DNA from: Chromera velia
Taxonomy: Eukaryota
Assembly (NCBI GenBank): GCA_018398765.1
Contig: JAHBMJ010000245.1
Location: 1-64,000, forward strand
Direction: 5' to 3'
Length of the DNA stretch: 64,000 nt
Shown: one piece after another, positions 61,087 to 64,000 of the stretch
How positions within the stretch are numbered: position 1 is the first letter of the stretch
Layout: each line of letters begins with the position of its first letter
Notes under the pieces: model-generated
The model's input: only the letters and a program-made list of their open reading frames with translations
What the model was told of the DNA's origin: nothing
The model's database searches: none
Made by a program: the position numbers and the translations under genes

Positions 61087-64000
61087 CTAATGAACAATAA
61101 ATAAACATGATAATGACAATTTTATATGATATTGACGTTTTGTTTTAACGACTATTTTGACAGACATTTTCCCTCCCTTCCATGCATTTAACAAGCGCTC
61201 TACCTTTTCCTCTGAGGAACTGTGAATACCTCCCATACTTCTCATGACAATGCACGACATCTTTGCAAGGAAAGTTGTCAAGGGGAGCATCTGCATACAA
61301 TTTTTCACAATGGGGGCATCACAATTTTTTCTTAATTTCTTTCTTCATTTTTGCTTGGCTTTTCAATTCTGGAATCGCTGCTTCAAAGTTACTTCTAGTT
61401 GGCCAGAATTTTGTGCACTAGTTCAGACTCTGAATTCATCTGTGCGCAGACATAGGCTCACCGCATGTGACTTCAACGCCATTCATTTTCATAGTTCTCT
61501 TGCAACAATTTCCTGTGTCTGCAGGCTGGACGTTGGGAGCGGCTGCAGAGGAGCTTGCAGAAGAAGCTGCAGCTGCAGCTGCATGTTGAGACTGGGGAGG
61601 GAGCACAAAGGGGGCATCTTCGTCTGACTCCCTACCTTGAGGATCCTCCATACGAACATCTTCTCCGTCTATCAACCCTTCCCCGGCCTGCTCTTCAGAT
61701 CCCCGCCCCTCCTGCCTAGCCTCCTGCAAAGCCACCTCCCTTCCTGGCAGAGGAACAGAAGGAAAAGTATTAGTAACTATAGCTGCTCTACTCAGCGCGG
61801 TGGGTACCTAGGGTAGGTACAGACCGGGCAACGAAGGAGCTGTTGTGTACCAGCCCCACGTGACCTTGTACAGACATGTTATTCATGCACTCCTGCACTG
61901 CGGTCCTCTCTTTATTTTTGTTCAAAAAGATTCTAATCACAGCCGGGGTAGTGCTCGAAAGAGAAAGGGGGGCAAGTTTCTCCAAGTATTGCTATCGGAT
62001 CAGCCAAACCTTTTCGTATTCTTTCCAAATTACGTGTTCATCCTTCTCCTCAGTGGCCAGAGTCTCTATAAGCTTCGCAAGCTCTGGGCACTGTGAAGGA
62101 CATTTGTTTACCCCCCTTCCTATTCGCCCCCCCCTGCGCTCTGCTGCAGCACTCTCGGCTTCTATACCCTCTTCTACAGGCTCACTGCCCCTGTCTTCTC
62201 CTTTCTTCTCCTTTAAATCTTCTTTCAACTGCGTGATTTCTTCTATGTACAGATCGGCATCAATCTTTGCAACTTCAGAGAGGGACGTATACTATTTTAT
62301 GATCAAATCATCAACCCCCCCTCCCTCTGCTGATTCCAGCTCTTCAACGAGGTCACGAACCTCGTTTTGCGCCTTTTCCTGCCACTCTAACAAACGCGTA
62401 CATGCGTAGGGCATTCCAAACTGGTGCCGTTCCACCAGGTCTAGTTGGTAGATCTTTTTCCACCCAGCCTCTCCTGCTCTCTCACTATCGACCTCATTCC
62501 CCTACAACTCATCACACTGGTCGTTGGCTGCTTTCAAAATGGAAATGTCTGCATTTGGGAGAGAAGGGAGACTATTGTCCTGTAAGCGTCTCTGTATCAT
62601 GCGATGAACGGTAAGCTTCATTGCTGCGTTACCGAGACCAGCCCTATAGCTGCTGCCCTTCAAAGCAAGGTCCAGCTCAAGATGAGACCTCTCATTTTCA
62701 AAATCCGTCCCACTCAGGGATGGAGTATGAGAGTCCTGCAGGGCCTTTGATCAGGGACTGTCTCTTCTCCATATACAGCTCAACACTGGGGGGGTCAGAC
62801 AGACATCCGTTGTCTACGTGCACCATCTGCAACTCCCATATTCTTTCCCACTTCTCACCAGCTAGTTTCACCCCGTCGTTCTCGACAAGCTCAAATGCGA
62901 GCTTCACGAGCAAGACGCGCTGCCTCAGCTCAAGGGGACCGGGAATCAGCCTTCGCACTCTCAAGAGAATATGCTTAGCAGTGACCCACCGCTTTGCTTT
63001 TGCTGGCTCATCAAGACCGTATACGATCTGAAGAGCAGACAAAAGCTCTTCAAAGTCATGGTCATTTTTTTTGAAAACGGCTTGAGAGAGGGCACTCAGG
63101 AAGGGGCTAACCATAAGGTGGGAAACATGAGACACTCCAGCCAGAAAGCGTCTTATCCAATGCTATGGATCAAGGCGCATAAAAATGAGATTTGAAACAG
63201 AAGAATGATTCTAGTGCCTTGTCGCCCACTGCGATCTCCCTCTTCTCTCCTTCCTGAACAGCAATCACAGTCTGTATATCCTACTTGAGCGAGCTTGGGC
63301 TCAACATCTTCTTCATCTTCGTCATCAAATTTGTCGTCGTCTGCTACTAAAGATTCTGAAGGGCAAGGGGGATCGTCAGATGCCTGAGCGAGTTCACTTT
63401 CCTCCAACCCTTCTTCTCCTCCTCTCTCTATCCTCATTTCTTCTCCCTTGCCCTCTCCATCTAAAGTAACACCGCCCCCCCCCATCTCTTCGTCTCCATC
63501 TCTTTGAGGGTGCCAATAGAACTAACGATGGGATGTTTTCTCGGATTCCAGAAAAAAACCTTCTTCAAAGTAAATTCAGCTGGCGAGGGAGGACACTTTA
63601 ATGAGGGGAGGTGGTTTTGGGGATCAATCCACCCTAACATCTCAGATAGCTTAGGGTTTCCAGAATCATCAGACCCCACCTGTGCTTTGACCTGCTTCAA
63701 AATCCACTTTTCTTGGGCTTCTGGAATACGTGGCTATCTACGACTCTTAAGTGGAGCAGAAGGGGGGGCAGGAGGGGGGGGGAACAGTGCTTAGGGGGGA
63801 GGTGTTTGGGCTGGTACTGAAAAAGAGGAGGACGCAGCAGCTGCTGAAATTCCCGCAGAGTCAAGTGGAGCAGAAGGGGGGGCAGGAGTGGGGGGGAACG
63901 GTGCTTGGGGGGGAGGTGCTTAGGCTGGTGCCGAAAAAGAAGAGGACGCAGCAGCTACTGAAATTCCCATAGAGTGCACTGCAGCAGGTGCGGCAGCTGC
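61087..64000 (-). mobile_element. Decayed Zisupton/KDZ-like (DUF6729-type) DNA transposase remnant
   Basis: Fragmented minus-strand frames include KVFFWNP and RVRRLIPGP..WELQMVHVDNGCLSDPPSVELY. I recall this pattern from Zisupton-related transposases (Q..H..CI/LxDPxGVxLY). Multiple stops and no introns. Confidence 0.62.
63749..63975. repeat. 114-bp tandem duplication (2 copies)
   Basis: AAGTGGAGCAGAAGGGGGGGCAGGAG..GAAATTCCC..AGAGT occurs at 63749 and 63863. Confidence 0.92.

Noticed and set aside
1..64000. tRNA, rRNA or snRNA genes
   Set aside because: No cloverleaf or conserved rRNA/snRNA sequence was recognised by eye. A covariance-model scan was not possible.

Overview
This is eukaryotic nuclear DNA with many introns, GTCAGT/GTGAGT/GTCTGT donors, microsatellite-filled introns and frequent TGCATGCA motifs. 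It resembles a chromerid alveolate such as Chromera velia, which is my inference and not verified. Host genes I can support are: a signal-peptide-bearing SppA/S49-like gene with an in-frame TGA and a 20-aa glycosylation-sequon repeat; a small CGGC-motif protein; a dual-specificity phosphatase with an apparent frameshift; an LRR/LRRcap protein; a DWNN+RING (RBBP6/Mpe1-like) gene; a head-to-head intronless HSP20 / SixA-like histidine phosphatase pair; and two large hypothetical genes, one with an AT-hook and RG repeats. The transposon content is deeply nested. It includes a non-autonomous LTR element (9111-12199, TSD AAGGC), a chromodomain Gypsy element (34982-41184) inserted into a LINE ORF that rejoins in frame when the Gypsy is removed, two MITEs inside a solo-LTR-like insert inside a modular foldback repeat, several tiny LINE/SINE 3' ends, and a decayed Zisupton/KDZ-like transposase. 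The most striking signal is the mutation spectrum of the repeats: by my manual alignment, the paired LTRs differ only by transitions (36 of 36 substitutions), many at CpA as well as CpG. This suggests a repeat-directed, RIP-like or methylation-driven C-to-T hypermutation process.
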